Source of the DNA: Deltaproteobacteria bacterium
Lineage (GTDB): Bacteria; Myxococcota_A; Polyangia; Polyangiales; Houyiibacteriaceae
Assembly (NCBI GenBank): GCA_034670305.1
Contig: JAXMNT010000004.1
Coordinates: 200,142-264,141, forward strand
Length of the DNA stretch: 64,000 nucleotides
Direction: 5' to 3'
A model generated the notes under the pieces. That model ran no database searches. It saw only the letters and a list, made by a program, of their open reading frames with translations, and was not told the DNA's origin. Made by a program: the position numbers and the translations under genes. Positions 53,662 through 64,000 of the stretch are shown in pieces (within the stretch, counting starts at the first letter, position 1; every line of letters starts with the position of its first letter).

Positions 53662-54624
53662 GTGACGGTGAAGATCCTGGCCGTCGATGACAGCGCGACG
53701 ATGCGAAAGATCATGGAGATGACTTTTGCAGGTGAAGATGTGGAGGTCGCCGTGGCCTCCAACGGGCAAGAAGGCCTGGCGCGCGCCCAACAAATGAACC
53801 CGGACGTCGTGTTTGCGGACGCGTCGATGACCGGCATGGACGGGTACGCCTTGGCGCACGCGATCAAATCGGATGCGGCCCTGGCCCATACCGCGGTGAT
53901 CGTGCTGGCGAGCCAACACAGCCCGTTCGACGAGGGCAAAGGTCGCACCTCTGGGGTCGACGACCACGTTGCCAAACCCTTCGACAGCCAAGTCGTGATC
54001 GACAAGGTCGCCCAGGTGCTGTCCCGCCCCCGCGCCAAAGCGAGCGGCACGATGTCGGCGGTGGCGGCGGTCAGCCCGCCCGCCTCCTCCGCTGGTGCAC
54101 CGGTGCAGCAGACCCCTCCGCGCTCTCCCAAGCAGACGGCCGCGTTCGGATCGAAGCCGCCCGCGACCCTCGAGTTGATGGACGAGCCGGAGATCGAGAT
54201 CACCCCGCCGCGGCCCGCGCCGCCCCGGCCCGCGCCGCCCCGGCCCACCGCGCCGAAACCGGTCGCGCCCAAACCCGTGGTCGCCAAACCCGTGCCCCCG
54301 CGACCTGCGCCGGCCAAACCGGCACCGGTCAAACCAGAGCCGCCGAGGCCCGCGCGGCCCGAGCCGGTCGTCGCGAAGCCAGCGCCCGCGAAGCCTGCGC
54401 CAGTGAAACCATCCCCCGCCAAGCCGGCCGGGGCCGTTGCAGCGGCGACCAGCAGTTCTGGCGACCTCGCGCAGAAACTGGATGCCCTCGGACTCTCTGC
54501 CGATCAGGTCGCTGGCGTGCTCGCCTTGAGCCGCGAAGTGATCGAACAGGTGGTCTGGGAAGTCGTCCCGGACATGGCCGAGACGCTCATTCGTGAAGAG
54601 ATCCGTCGGCTCACCGCCGACTGA
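53662..54624 (+). CDS. romR: RomR-like polarity response regulator
   Basis: Receiver (VDDS, phospho-site D, KPF), Pro-rich linker, C-terminal SREVIEQVVWEVVPDMAETLIREEIRRL. Confidence 0.8.
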   Translation: MTVKILAVDDSATMRKIMEMTFAGEDVEVAVASNGQEGLARAQQMNPDVVFADASMTGMDGYALAHAIKSDAALAHTAVIVLASQHSPFDEGKGRTSGVDDHVAKPFDSQVVIDKVAQVLSRPRAKASGTMSAVAAVSPPASSAGAPVQQTPPRSPKQTAAFGSKPPATLELMDEPEIEITPPRPAPPRPAPPRPTAPKPVAPKPVVAKPVPPRPAPAKPAPVKPEPPRPARPEPVVAKPAPAKPAPVKPSPAKPAGAVAAATSSSGDLAQKLDALGLSADQVAGVLALSREVIEQVVWEVVPDMAETLIREEIRRLTAD

Positions 54625-54636
54625 ACCTCGGTCGCC

Positions 54637-56679
54637 TCAATCCTCGGCGGCCCCGACCCGCAGTGCCTCGTCGCGCATCGCGGCGAGGTCTTGGTCGATC
54701 GCCTCCGGCGTCCGCGCGATCGGACCGGTGGACAATCCTCGGGCTTGCGCGAGGACGACCTCGATGCCGTCCAGGTCGAGCGGCCGACCGAGCAGGTAGC
54801 CCTGGATCTCGTCGCAGCCGAGCGATTCGAGGGACTCGAACTGGGCCTGGGTCTCGACGCCCTCCGCCAACACGATCATGCCGAGCCCGTGCCCCATCGC
54901 GATGATGGTTCGGACGAGCACCATGTCGCCTTCGTCCTGGTGCATGGACTGGACGAAGGACCGGTCGATCTTGAGCCGCTCGACAGGCAGCCGGCGCAAA
55001 TACGCCAGCGATGAGTACCCGGTGCCGAAATCGTCGAGGGCGATCGACACCCCGAGCGCCCGCAGCCCCTCCAGCAACTCCACCGTGCCGTCGATGTCCT
55101 TCGCGAGCACCCCTTCGGTGACCTCCAGTTCCAAGCGCTGCGGATCGAGTCCGGTGAACTCGAGCACCGACGCGACCTTCTGCACGAACCGCGGATGCAT
55201 CAGCTGGAGCGGACTGACGTTGACCGAGATCCGCATCGTACTCGGCCACTCGCTCGCTTGCGCGCAGGCTTCTTGAAGCACCCACGCGCCGAGCTTGACG
55301 ACCTGGCCACTCGACTCTGCCACCGGGATGAACTCCCCTGGAGACACCGCGCCGAGCACCGGAGAGTTCCATCGGAGCAGCGCCTCGGCTCCAATGATCC
55401 GCCCATCGATGTGAAAGAGCGGCTGGTACGCCAGTTCGAGCTCTCCACGCTCCACGACCCCTTCGAGACCGGCGCGCAAGACCCGCTCCCGCCTCTGCAC
55501 CTCGTAGTCCTCGGCGTCGAAGTAGCCGATGCCATCCGTCGAGAGGCGCTTCGCGCGCACGAGCGCGGCATCCGCGTGGGCCACCAAACTCGCGACGTCG
55601 TCGTCGGCGGCGCTCGAGACGCCGATCGTCACACTGAGCCGAATGAGATCTCCGTCGCGGGTCACGATGGGCCGCCCGAGCACCGTCTGCAGCTCAGACG
55701 CGACCCGTGAGGCAGTTCGCGCCGCTGGCCCACAGAGGAGGATGCTGAACTCGTCCGCGCCCCACCGGCCCGCCAGTGCACCGACGTAGCCCTCGTCCAG
55801 TTCCGAGGGCTCCGGTTCGTCGTTCCCCTCGAAGATCGTTTGTTCGATCCGTTCGCCGACCGCTTTGAGGACCAGGTCCCCCGCTTCCTTGCCCCGCGCG
55901 TGGTTCAGGTCACGAAACCCATCGACGTCCACGAAGAGCAGCGCGACCTCTTCGCCATGGGCGTCGAGCGCCCGCCCCACCACCCGCTCGAAACTCGGGC
56001 GGTTCGGCAAACCGGTGAGGCGATCGTAGAGGGCGAGCATCTGGAGGCGTGCTTGCTGTCGACGCAGCCCGCGGTTCGCCTCGGCGGCGTCCACGTGTGC
56101 CCGCGCGTGCGCGCGCACGAACATGTGCACCAAGAGCCCCGCACAGCCGATCGCAGCGAGACGCATGAGCAGCGCCGACACCGCAAAGGCACCGTCGGGA
56201 AGCGGTGCCGGGGGGCGGACGCCGTAGGTGTGCAGGACCCAGAAACCGACCGCCGTCACCATGACCACGACGGTCCAGCGGAACACGTTGGCTTGTCCGA
56301 GCAGCACACCGGCCGCGAGCGGGACGAGGTAGAGCCAAGCGAACCCCGGACGGTAGAAGCTCCCCGCCAGGAGCAGCGCACCGCTGAGGCCGAGGTACAT
56401 GGCGGCCAAGGCGATCGTGCCGGCGATGGTGCTGTTGCCACCCCGACGGAGGTAGATCAACAGGCCCACGCCGACGAGCCCCAGCGCCCCGACGGCCACT
56501 GCGACCTGGGGCGCCCCTGCCCAAAAGAAGTAAGCGGAGAACGCGGCAGACAGCACCGCCTGGACCGTGCAGGCGCGTCGTGTCCGCCGTCTCCGATCGA
56601 TGGAGAGCAGGTCGATGTCGATCGACTTCTTCTCGCGGCGGCCCAACGCGGGAAAGTCTTCTGAGAAAGGCCGGCTCAT
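54637..56679 (-). CDS. Membrane-bound degenerate GGDEF plus EAL c-di-GMP phosphodiesterase
   Basis: About 6 TMs; GADEF; intact EALLRW, DDFGTGYSS, KIDRSF, AEGVE, QGY. Confidence 0.9.
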   Translation of the reverse strand: MSRPFSEDFPALGRREKKSIDIDLLSIDRRRRTRRACTVQAVLSAAFSAYFFWAGAPQVAVAVGALGLVGVGLLIYLRRGGNSTIAGTIALAAMYLGLSGALLLAGSFYRPGFAWLYLVPLAAGVLLGQANVFRWTVVVMVTAVGFWVLHTYGVRPPAPLPDGAFAVSALLMRLAAIGCAGLLVHMFVRAHARAHVDAAEANRGLRRQQARLQMLALYDRLTGLPNRPSFERVVGRALDAHGEEVALLFVDVDGFRDLNHARGKEAGDLVLKAVGERIEQTIFEGNDEPEPSELDEGYVGALAGRWGADEFSILLCGPAARTASRVASELQTVLGRPIVTRDGDLIRLSVTIGVSSAADDDVASLVAHADAALVRAKRLSTDGIGYFDAEDYEVQRRERVLRAGLEGVVERGELELAYQPLFHIDGRIIGAEALLRWNSPVLGAVSPGEFIPVAESSGQVVKLGAWVLQEACAQASEWPSTMRISVNVSPLQLMHPRFVQKVASVLEFTGLDPQRLELEVTEGVLAKDIDGTVELLEGLRALGVSIALDDFGTGYSSLAYLRRLPVERLKIDRSFVQSMHQDEGDMVLVRTIIAMGHGLGMIVLAEGVETQAQFESLESLGCDEIQGYLLGRPLDLDGIEVVLAQARGLSTGPIARTPEAIDQDLAAMRDEALRVGAAED

Positions 56680-56852
56680 GGGGAACTGACACTGCAATTA
56701 CCGTGCGACTCGCCAATGCAGGGGGAAAGGCCGCTGCGCCGACCAAGAAGAGTCGGCGTCCGCCCACGCTGTCGCACCCACCCTACAGAGCGGGGAGGGG
56801 ACTCAAGGCAACCGGAGGCGACCCCTTGTCCCACCGTCCCGAGCAGCCGGAG

Positions 56853-58388
<1,536 letters not shown>

Positions 58389-58623
58389 CTGGATCCCCAA
58401 GTAGTCATCGCGTTCAAAGCATCTCTGTAGGGTCGCCTCGGTGTTCGAGAAGGCCCAGGGTTCAAAGCCCCCTGATCATCGACCGACAACGGGGGATCGT
58501 CAAGCTTCGCTCTCATTGGAGTTTTCCCACGGGAGTTGGAACGACGGCGGGAGGCATGTCGCTACGACCCCCACCACCACGCGGTCCTTGGACCCTCGCC
58601 CCCAAGGAAACGTTGCCGCGCCC

Positions 58624-61308
58624 CTACGATCGAACCGCGATGAGCGCGGCCTGGGCAGCGGCGAGTCGGGCGATGGGAAGCCGGGGCGGTGAACAACTGA
58701 CATACTTCAGACCGAGGCGGGCACAGAGCCCGATCGAGGCCGGATCCCCGCCGTGTTCGCCACAAACGCCGAGGGAAATGTCCGGCCGCACCGACCGCCC
58801 CTTCTCGCAGGCGATCTCGATGAGGGCGCCCACGCCAGCCTCGTCGAGTCGTACGAACGGGTCGATCGGCAGGATGCCCGCGTCCACGTAGGCGGGCAGA
58901 AAGTGCGACGAGTCGTCGCGGCTGATGCCGAACGTGGTCTGGGTGAGGTCGTTGGTGCCGAAGGAGAAGAAGCTCGCATGCTCCGCGAGTTCGTCCGCGA
59001 CCAGGCAGGCCCGAGGAAGCTCGATCATCGTTCCGAGCAGGTAGTCGACGCTCGCGCCGGCCTCTTCGAAGATCGCCTTGGCCTCTTCTTCGACCAATGC
59101 ACGCATGCGGCCGAGCTCGGCGGCGATGCCCACCACCGGGATCATGATCTCGGGCTGGGGGTCGAGCCCTTCGGCTTTCACGGCCAGCGCCGCCGACAGC
59201 ACCGCCCGCACCTGGGCGCGGTAGATGCTCGGCGAGGTGATGCCGACCCGCACGGCCCGGTGGCCGAGCATGGGGTTGACCTCGTGCAGCTTCGAGGCCC
59301 GGCTGCGGACCACGGCTTCGGGCACTCCGAGCGCCCTCGCGACCGACGCGAACTCGTAGTCTTCCTTGGGAAGGAACTCGTGCAGCGGCCAGTCCAGCAG
59401 GCGGATGGTCACCGGCAGGCCGCTCATGGCGCGGAAGATCGCTTCGAAGTCTTCTCGCTGCATGGGCTCGATCTTCGTGAGCCAGGGCGCGCGCTCGTCT
59501 TCGGTCTCCGAGAGCACCGCGCAGCGGACCGCTTCCAGCCGCGCGTCGGCGAAGAACATGTGCTCGGTCCGGCACAAGCCGATGCCTTCGGCCCCGAAGG
59601 TACGGGCGGTCCGAGCGGCCGACGGCGTGTCGCAGTTGGCGCGCACCCGGAGCTTCCGGACCGCGTCCGCCCACTCCATGAACTCGTCGAGCTCCGCGAT
59701 CTTGGCCGCGGCGACCACGTCCAGCTCGCCTTCGTAGACCTTGCCGTGGCTGCCATCGAGCGTGAGCACGTCGCCGGCCTTGTAGACCTTCAGCCCGAAG
59801 TCCGTGCGGATGCGCAGCTCCTGCTTCTGGTAGTCCACGTCGAGCGCGGAACAGCCCGCGACGCAGCAGGTGCCGAGCCCGCGCGCGACGACCGCCGCGT
59901 GCGAAGTCATGCCGCCGGTCGCGGTGACGATCCCGCGCGCCGCCTTCATGCCGTGAATGTCTTCGGGGCTGGTCTCGCGCCGAACGAGCAACACGTCTTT
60001 GCCTTCGGCCGCCATGCGTTCGGCCGTGTCCGCGTCGAACACGACTTCACCGGTCGCCGCACCGGGGCTTGCGGGCAGACCGGTCGCGAGCGCTTTGACG
60101 CCCTGGGCTTCGAGTTCTTTGGGGCTCGGAAGCCGCGCGTGAAGCAGCTGTTCGAGGCTGGTCGGGTCCACCTTCAGGAGCGCTGCTTCTTTGTCGATGG
60201 CGCCTTCGTGTACGAGCTCGACCGCGATGCGAACCGCCGCGTGCGCGGTGCGTTTGCCGGTCCGCGTCTGAAGGATGTACGGCACGCCCTTCTCGATCGT
60301 GAACTCGACGTCTTGCATGTCGCCGAAGTGCGACTCGAGCGCCGCGCAGTGTTCGGTGATCTTCTGGAAGACCGCCGGCATGGTGCGTTCGAGGGTCTCG
60401 TCTTCGCGGCCGGGCGTCGCAGCGGCTGCCGTCAGCGCCCGCGGGGTGCGGATGCCCGCGACCACGTCTTCGCCCTGGGCGTTCGCGAGGTACTCGCCGT
60501 AGAGGATGCGCTCGCCGGTTGACGGGTTGCGGGTGAACGCCACGCCCGAGCCACTCGTGTCGCCCATGTTGCCGAACACCATCGCCTGGACGGTGCAACC
60601 GGTGCCCCAGGCGTGCGGGATGCCCTGCATCTTGCGGTAGCGGATCGCCCGCGCGTTGTTCCACGAGCTGAACACCGCGCGGATCGCACCCCAGAGCTGC
60701 GCGCGCACATCCTGCGGGAACGGCTCGCCGTGTTTGGCGATGAGGTGCTGGTAGCGCGAGCAGAGGTCACGCAGCGTCGCTTCGTCGAGCGACTGGTCGA
60801 GCATGCGCGGGTCGCCCTGCTCGCGTTTGATGCTCTGAAGGGTCTCTTCGAACTGCGCGTGCGGCACACCGAGCACGACGTCGCCGTACATCTGCAGGAG
60901 CCGCCGGTACGCGTCGAACGCGAAGCGCGCGTCGCCACTCGCTTTGGCCAGCGCTTCCACCGTCACGTCGGTGAGTCCGAGGTTGAGGATGGTGTCCATC
61001 ATGCCGGGCATCGACACCCGGGCGCCGGAGCGCACGCTGACGAGCAGCGGGTCGTTCGCGTCGCCGAGCTTCCGTCCGACCTTCGCTTCCATGGCGGCGA
61101 GCGCCTTGGCGACCTCCGCTTCCACGCCGTCCGGGAGCGCGCCGGTCTTTTGGAACTGGACGCACACCTCGGTGCCGACCGTGAACCCTGGCGGCACCGG
61201 GATGCCGAGGCGGGTCATCTCGTTGAGCCCCGCGCCTTTGCCACCGAGCGCCGACTTCGCGTCCAGACCACTGAGGTCCGCATCGAACAGATAGACCTGC
61301 TGACTCAT
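58624..61308 (-). CDS. ppdK: Pyruvate, phosphate dikinase
   Basis: GGKGA, VSVRSGA.VSMPGMMDT, GGMTSHAAVVARG, GLCRTEHMF, FSFGTNDLTQ, CGEHGG. Confidence 0.98.
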   Translation of the reverse strand: MSQQVYLFDADLSGLDAKSALGGKGAGLNEMTRLGIPVPPGFTVGTEVCVQFQKTGALPDGVEAEVAKALAAMEAKVGRKLGDANDPLLVSVRSGARVSMPGMMDTILNLGLTDVTVEALAKASGDARFAFDAYRRLLQMYGDVVLGVPHAQFEETLQSIKREQGDPRMLDQSLDEATLRDLCSRYQHLIAKHGEPFPQDVRAQLWGAIRAVFSSWNNARAIRYRKMQGIPHAWGTGCTVQAMVFGNMGDTSGSGVAFTRNPSTGERILYGEYLANAQGEDVVAGIRTPRALTAAAATPGREDETLERTMPAVFQKITEHCAALESHFGDMQDVEFTIEKGVPYILQTRTGKRTAHAAVRIAVELVHEGAIDKEAALLKVDPTSLEQLLHARLPSPKELEAQGVKALATGLPASPGAATGEVVFDADTAERMAAEGKDVLLVRRETSPEDIHGMKAARGIVTATGGMTSHAAVVARGLGTCCVAGCSALDVDYQKQELRIRTDFGLKVYKAGDVLTLDGSHGKVYEGELDVVAAAKIAELDEFMEWADAVRKLRVRANCDTPSAARTARTFGAEGIGLCRTEHMFFADARLEAVRCAVLSETEDERAPWLTKIEPMQREDFEAIFRAMSGLPVTIRLLDWPLHEFLPKEDYEFASVARALGVPEAVVRSRASKLHEVNPMLGHRAVRVGITSPSIYRAQVRAVLSAALAVKAEGLDPQPEIMIPVVGIAAELGRMRALVEEEAKAIFEEAGASVDYLLGTMIELPRACLVADELAEHASFFSFGTNDLTQTTFGISRDDSSHFLPAYVDAGILPIDPFVRLDEAGVGALIEIACEKGRSVRPDISLGVCGEHGGDPASIGLCARLGLKYVSCSPPRLPIARLAAAQAALIAVRS

Positions 61309-63413
61309 GAGCTCTTCCCCTCTGTCTCTTGACCCTCGAGCACGTGAAAATGCGCGATGCGACTGACGCACCCGGCAATCTGGGCGAGCATCGCGAGCCG
61401 GTTCTTTCGGATGGCTTCGTCTTCCGCCATCACCAGCACGTCATCGAAATACTGATCGATGACGGCTTTGAGTTCGCGCGCGACGAGCGCGAGCGCGTCC
61501 GCGTACTTGGCCCCGTCGGTGGCCGCCGCTGCGGTCAACGCGTCGAGTTCCGGTCGGACCTTGGTGAAGGCGGTGGCGAGCGCGCGCTCGGTTCCCTCTT
61601 CCAGCAGCGACTCGTCCCAGCCGCGTTCGTGGCTCGCGCCCGCGATGTTGAACGCGCGTTTGAACGCGATGGCGAGCGGCGCGTAGTCGTCGGTGCCGCG
61701 CAAGGTCTCGAGCGCCTGGGCCCGGGCGCGCAGGTCGCGCACCGAAGCTGTGTCGCTCTCGCGCCACGCGCCGATGGCGGCGGCGATCACGTCCTGCGGG
61801 AACTCGTTGCGAAGGAGTCCGCGCACGCGGGTGTCGAAGAACGCGTCGAGCGCCGATCTCGCGTCGTCCGAGAGCGTCACGGCTTTGGGTTGGCCGCTGA
61901 GCGCCTTCGCGGCGGCCGAGACGAATGCATCGAGGTCGACGTCGATCGGTCCTTCGAGCGCGGTGCGGAGAATGCCGAGTGCGGCGCGCCTCAGGCCGAA
62001 GGGATCCGCGTTGCCCTTGGGCGCCTGGCCGATCGCGAAACAGCCGACGAGCGTGTCGACCCGGTCCGCGACGGCGAGCAGCGCGCCGAGCTTCGAGCCC
62101 GCGACCTCGTCAGAAGCGCCGGCGGGGCGGTAGTGTTCTTCGATCGCGCAGCCCACCTCGGGCGCCTCGCCGTCGAGGTCGGCGTAGTAGCGGCCCATCT
62201 GCCCTTGCAGCTCGGGGAACTCGAACACGATCAAGCTCTCGAGGTCGCACTTGCAGAGCTGGGCGGCGCGGCTGGCCACCGCCGGGTCGATCCCGAACGC
62301 GGGTGCGAACTCCGCCGCGAGGGACGCGATGCGCTCGACCTTCTCGCCCACCGTGCCGAGCTTTCGCTGGAATACGACAGTGTCGAGTTTGGGCCGCCGC
62401 GCTTCGAGCTTCTGCTTGCGATCCTCGCGCACGAAGAACGCCGCGTCCGCGAGGCGCGCGCGCAACACTCGGTCGTTGCCGGTGGCGATGCGCTCCGGAT
62501 CCTCGGCGGTGTTGACCACGTTGAGGTAGCGCGGCAGCAGCGTGCCGGCGGCGTCGCGGAGCGCGAAGTAGCGCTGGTGATCGCGCATCACCGAGATGAC
62601 GACTTCGGCGGGCAGTTCGAGGAACGCCTCGTCGAAGGTGCCGGGCACGACGAAGGGTTCTTCCACCAGGTGAATGCACTCGGCGAGCAGGAACTCGTCG
62701 ACCACGAGCACGCCGCCGACCTCGGCCGCCGCCGCGTCGAGCGCCGCGCGCATCTGCTGGGTTCGGTCGGCGGGGTCCACCACGACGTGGGCGGTGGCGA
62801 GCTGGGCCGCGTAGGAGGACGCACTCTTCACCGAGAAGGTCTCCGGCGCCAAGAAGCGGTGCCCCCGGGTCTCGCGGCCGGAGGTCACGTCGCAGTAGTC
62901 GAACGCGACGACGTCGTCGTCGAGCAGCGCGAGCATCCAGTGGATGGGCCGGCCGAACGCGTGGTCGCCCGCGCCCCACCGCATCTGCTTCGGAAAGCCG
63001 ATCTTCGCGCAGGCCGCGGGCAACAACTCCGAGAGCACGTCGCTGGCCGAACGGCCCGCTTCGTGGACATGGGCGGAGACGTAGTCGCCTTTGTCGGTGA
63101 CGAGCTTCTCGAGCGCGCCCACCTCGACGCCGTTCTTCTTCGCGAAGCCGATGGCGGCCTTGGTGGGTTCGCCGTCCTTGAACGCGACGTTCCAGGGCGG
63201 CCCGGTCACCGTCTCTTGGCGATCCGCCTGGGCTGCGTCCAGGCCCGTGGCCGAGAGCACGATGCGCCGGGGGGTCCCGAGGGTGCGAATCGTGCCCCCC
63301 AGGCGGTGCTGCTCGAACAGCGACTGCGCGGCCGCCTCGAGCGTCTCGAGGGCGCGTTCCAGGAAGGACGCGGGCAACTCCTCGACCCCAATCTCCACAA
63401 GCAGGTCCGGCAT
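61305..63413 (-). CDS. glyS: Glycine-tRNA ligase beta subunit
   Basis: LLVEIGVEELP, TPRR, FPKQMRWG, EFPELQG, DPFGLRR, NRLAML. Confidence 0.97.
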   Translation of the reverse strand: MPDLLVEIGVEELPASFLERALETLEAAAQSLFEQHRLGGTIRTLGTPRRIVLSATGLDAAQADRQETVTGPPWNVAFKDGEPTKAAIGFAKKNGVEVGALEKLVTDKGDYVSAHVHEAGRSASDVLSELLPAACAKIGFPKQMRWGAGDHAFGRPIHWMLALLDDDVVAFDYCDVTSGRETRGHRFLAPETFSVKSASSYAAQLATAHVVVDPADRTQQMRAALDAAAAEVGGVLVVDEFLLAECIHLVEEPFVVPGTFDEAFLELPAEVVISVMRDHQRYFALRDAAGTLLPRYLNVVNTAEDPERIATGNDRVLRARLADAAFFVREDRKQKLEARRPKLDTVVFQRKLGTVGEKVERIASLAAEFAPAFGIDPAVASRAAQLCKCDLESLIVFEFPELQGQMGRYYADLDGEAPEVGCAIEEHYRPAGASDEVAGSKLGALLAVADRVDTLVGCFAIGQAPKGNADPFGLRRAALGILRTALEGPIDVDLDAFVSAAAKALSGQPKAVTLSDDARSALDAFFDTRVRGLLRNEFPQDVIAAAIGAWRESDTASVRDLRARAQALETLRGTDDYAPLAIAFKRAFNIAGASHERGWDESLLEEGTERALATAFTKVRPELDALTAAAATDGAKYADALALVARELKAVIDQYFDDVLVMAEDEAIRKNRLAMLAQIAGCVSRIAHFHVLEGQETEGKSS

Positions 63414-63454
63414 CCGACAGAGCTACCAGAGAATGGCCGCAATTCAACGCTTCC

Positions 63455-63747
63455 TTGCTTCAGTACGGGCCTGGCTCGCTTCGCGAGACTGGCGGCCCTA
63501 TGTCGCGCCCGTCGCACCTGCACGTGCTCGCCGCCCATTCGTGGTGCGCTCTGTGGAAGTGCTTGGGATCATCTGGCGGCTGCGCGGCGTGCAGGCGCTC
63601 CTGAAGGCGCTCTGTGTTCACTGTAAAGTGCACCAGTTGCTCGCCCTGCGGGCTGCGCAGGTGCACTTGTCGGTGTGCACTTTGCTTCAGTACGGGCCTG
63701 GCTCGCTTCGCGAGACTGGCGGCCCTATGTCGCGCCCGTCGCACCTG
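63455..63747. repeat. Two identical 66-bp direct repeats (63455-63520 and 63682-63747) around a 161-bp spacer
   Basis: TTGCTTCAGTACGGGCCTGGCTCGCTTCGCGAGACTGGCGGCCCTATGTCGCGCCCGTCGCACCTG occurs twice. Confidence 0.93.
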
Positions 63748-63762
63748 TGTGGGTGCTCGGAA

Positions 63763-64000
63763 CTAGCAGGTCGCTGAAAAGCGACCTGCTCCCTTGCCGT
63801 TGCCCTTGCCCCTGCCCTTGCCCGCGTCGTGGACGCCGTGTGTTTCGCGACGGCGAGGCCGCGAATCGGAGCCCGATGCCCAGCGGGCGAAGCCGCCGGG
63901 CATCGGTCGGTGCTACGCGGCGCAGCTCCGCAGCCGCGCGACGCGTAGGAGGTTGTATGCGGCGCCGGCCAGGTAGGCGGCGAACTGTGTCTTGCGTCTG
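63763..64000 (-). mobile_element. Right end of a probable IS5-type insertion sequence (continues beyond the window)
   Basis: CTAG followed by CAGGTCGCTGAAAA terminus; transposase-like C-terminus; second copy of this end at 19513. Confidence 0.7.
63913..63999 (-). CDS. C-terminal fragment of an IS5-like DDE transposase (partial)
   Basis: RRKTQFAAYLAGAAYNLLRVARLRSCAA*; the AAYNL.R motif is typical of IS4/IS5/IS1182-type transposase C-termini. Confidence 0.7.
   Translation of the reverse strand, partial: RRKTQFAAYLAGAAYNLLRVARLRSCAA

Noticed and set aside
63455..63747. CRISPR or integron attC array
   Set aside because: Only two 66-bp units with a 161-bp spacer; no cas or integrase gene and no clear attC core sites

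Overview
GC-rich (roughly 70% by eye) 64 kb chromosomal segment, most likely from a myxobacterium (Myxococcota, Polyangiales/Sandaracinus-like). This is inferred from a RomR-like polarity regulator, cysteine-rich lipoproteins, a Hanks kinase with a PEGA-like domain, FHA-coupled cyclases and an ECF/PEGA pair. About 38 genes. Housekeeping: moeA, accA, rpoZ, groES-groEL with two CIRCE operators, trmB, ppdK, glyS. Envelope: LysM-lytic transglycosylase, LysM protein, CpoB/YbgF. Also a DUF4175-like/MoxR/DUF58/BatA-VWA/VWA operon, a second DUF4175-like gene paired with a TPR-metallopeptidase, many signalling genes and an octaheme cytochrome c. The window ends in the 3' end of a probable IS5-type transposase. 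The most notable non-obvious features are: (i) five GCCGA(T/A) hexamer arrays, both intergenic and in-frame inside unrelated proteins, with strand-skewed flanks; (ii) a detached, internally deleted copy of the IS end with hairpin and G-run motifs sitting at a CTAG stop codon; (iii) a recurrent -10 box 5-6 nt before start codons, suggesting frequent leaderless mRNAs; (iv) shared Met-rich linkers and C-terminal DPF/DPW/NPF motifs in two membrane signalling proteins. No CRISPR array, rRNA or tRNA was recognised. All calls are from reading the sequence by eye, with no database searches.
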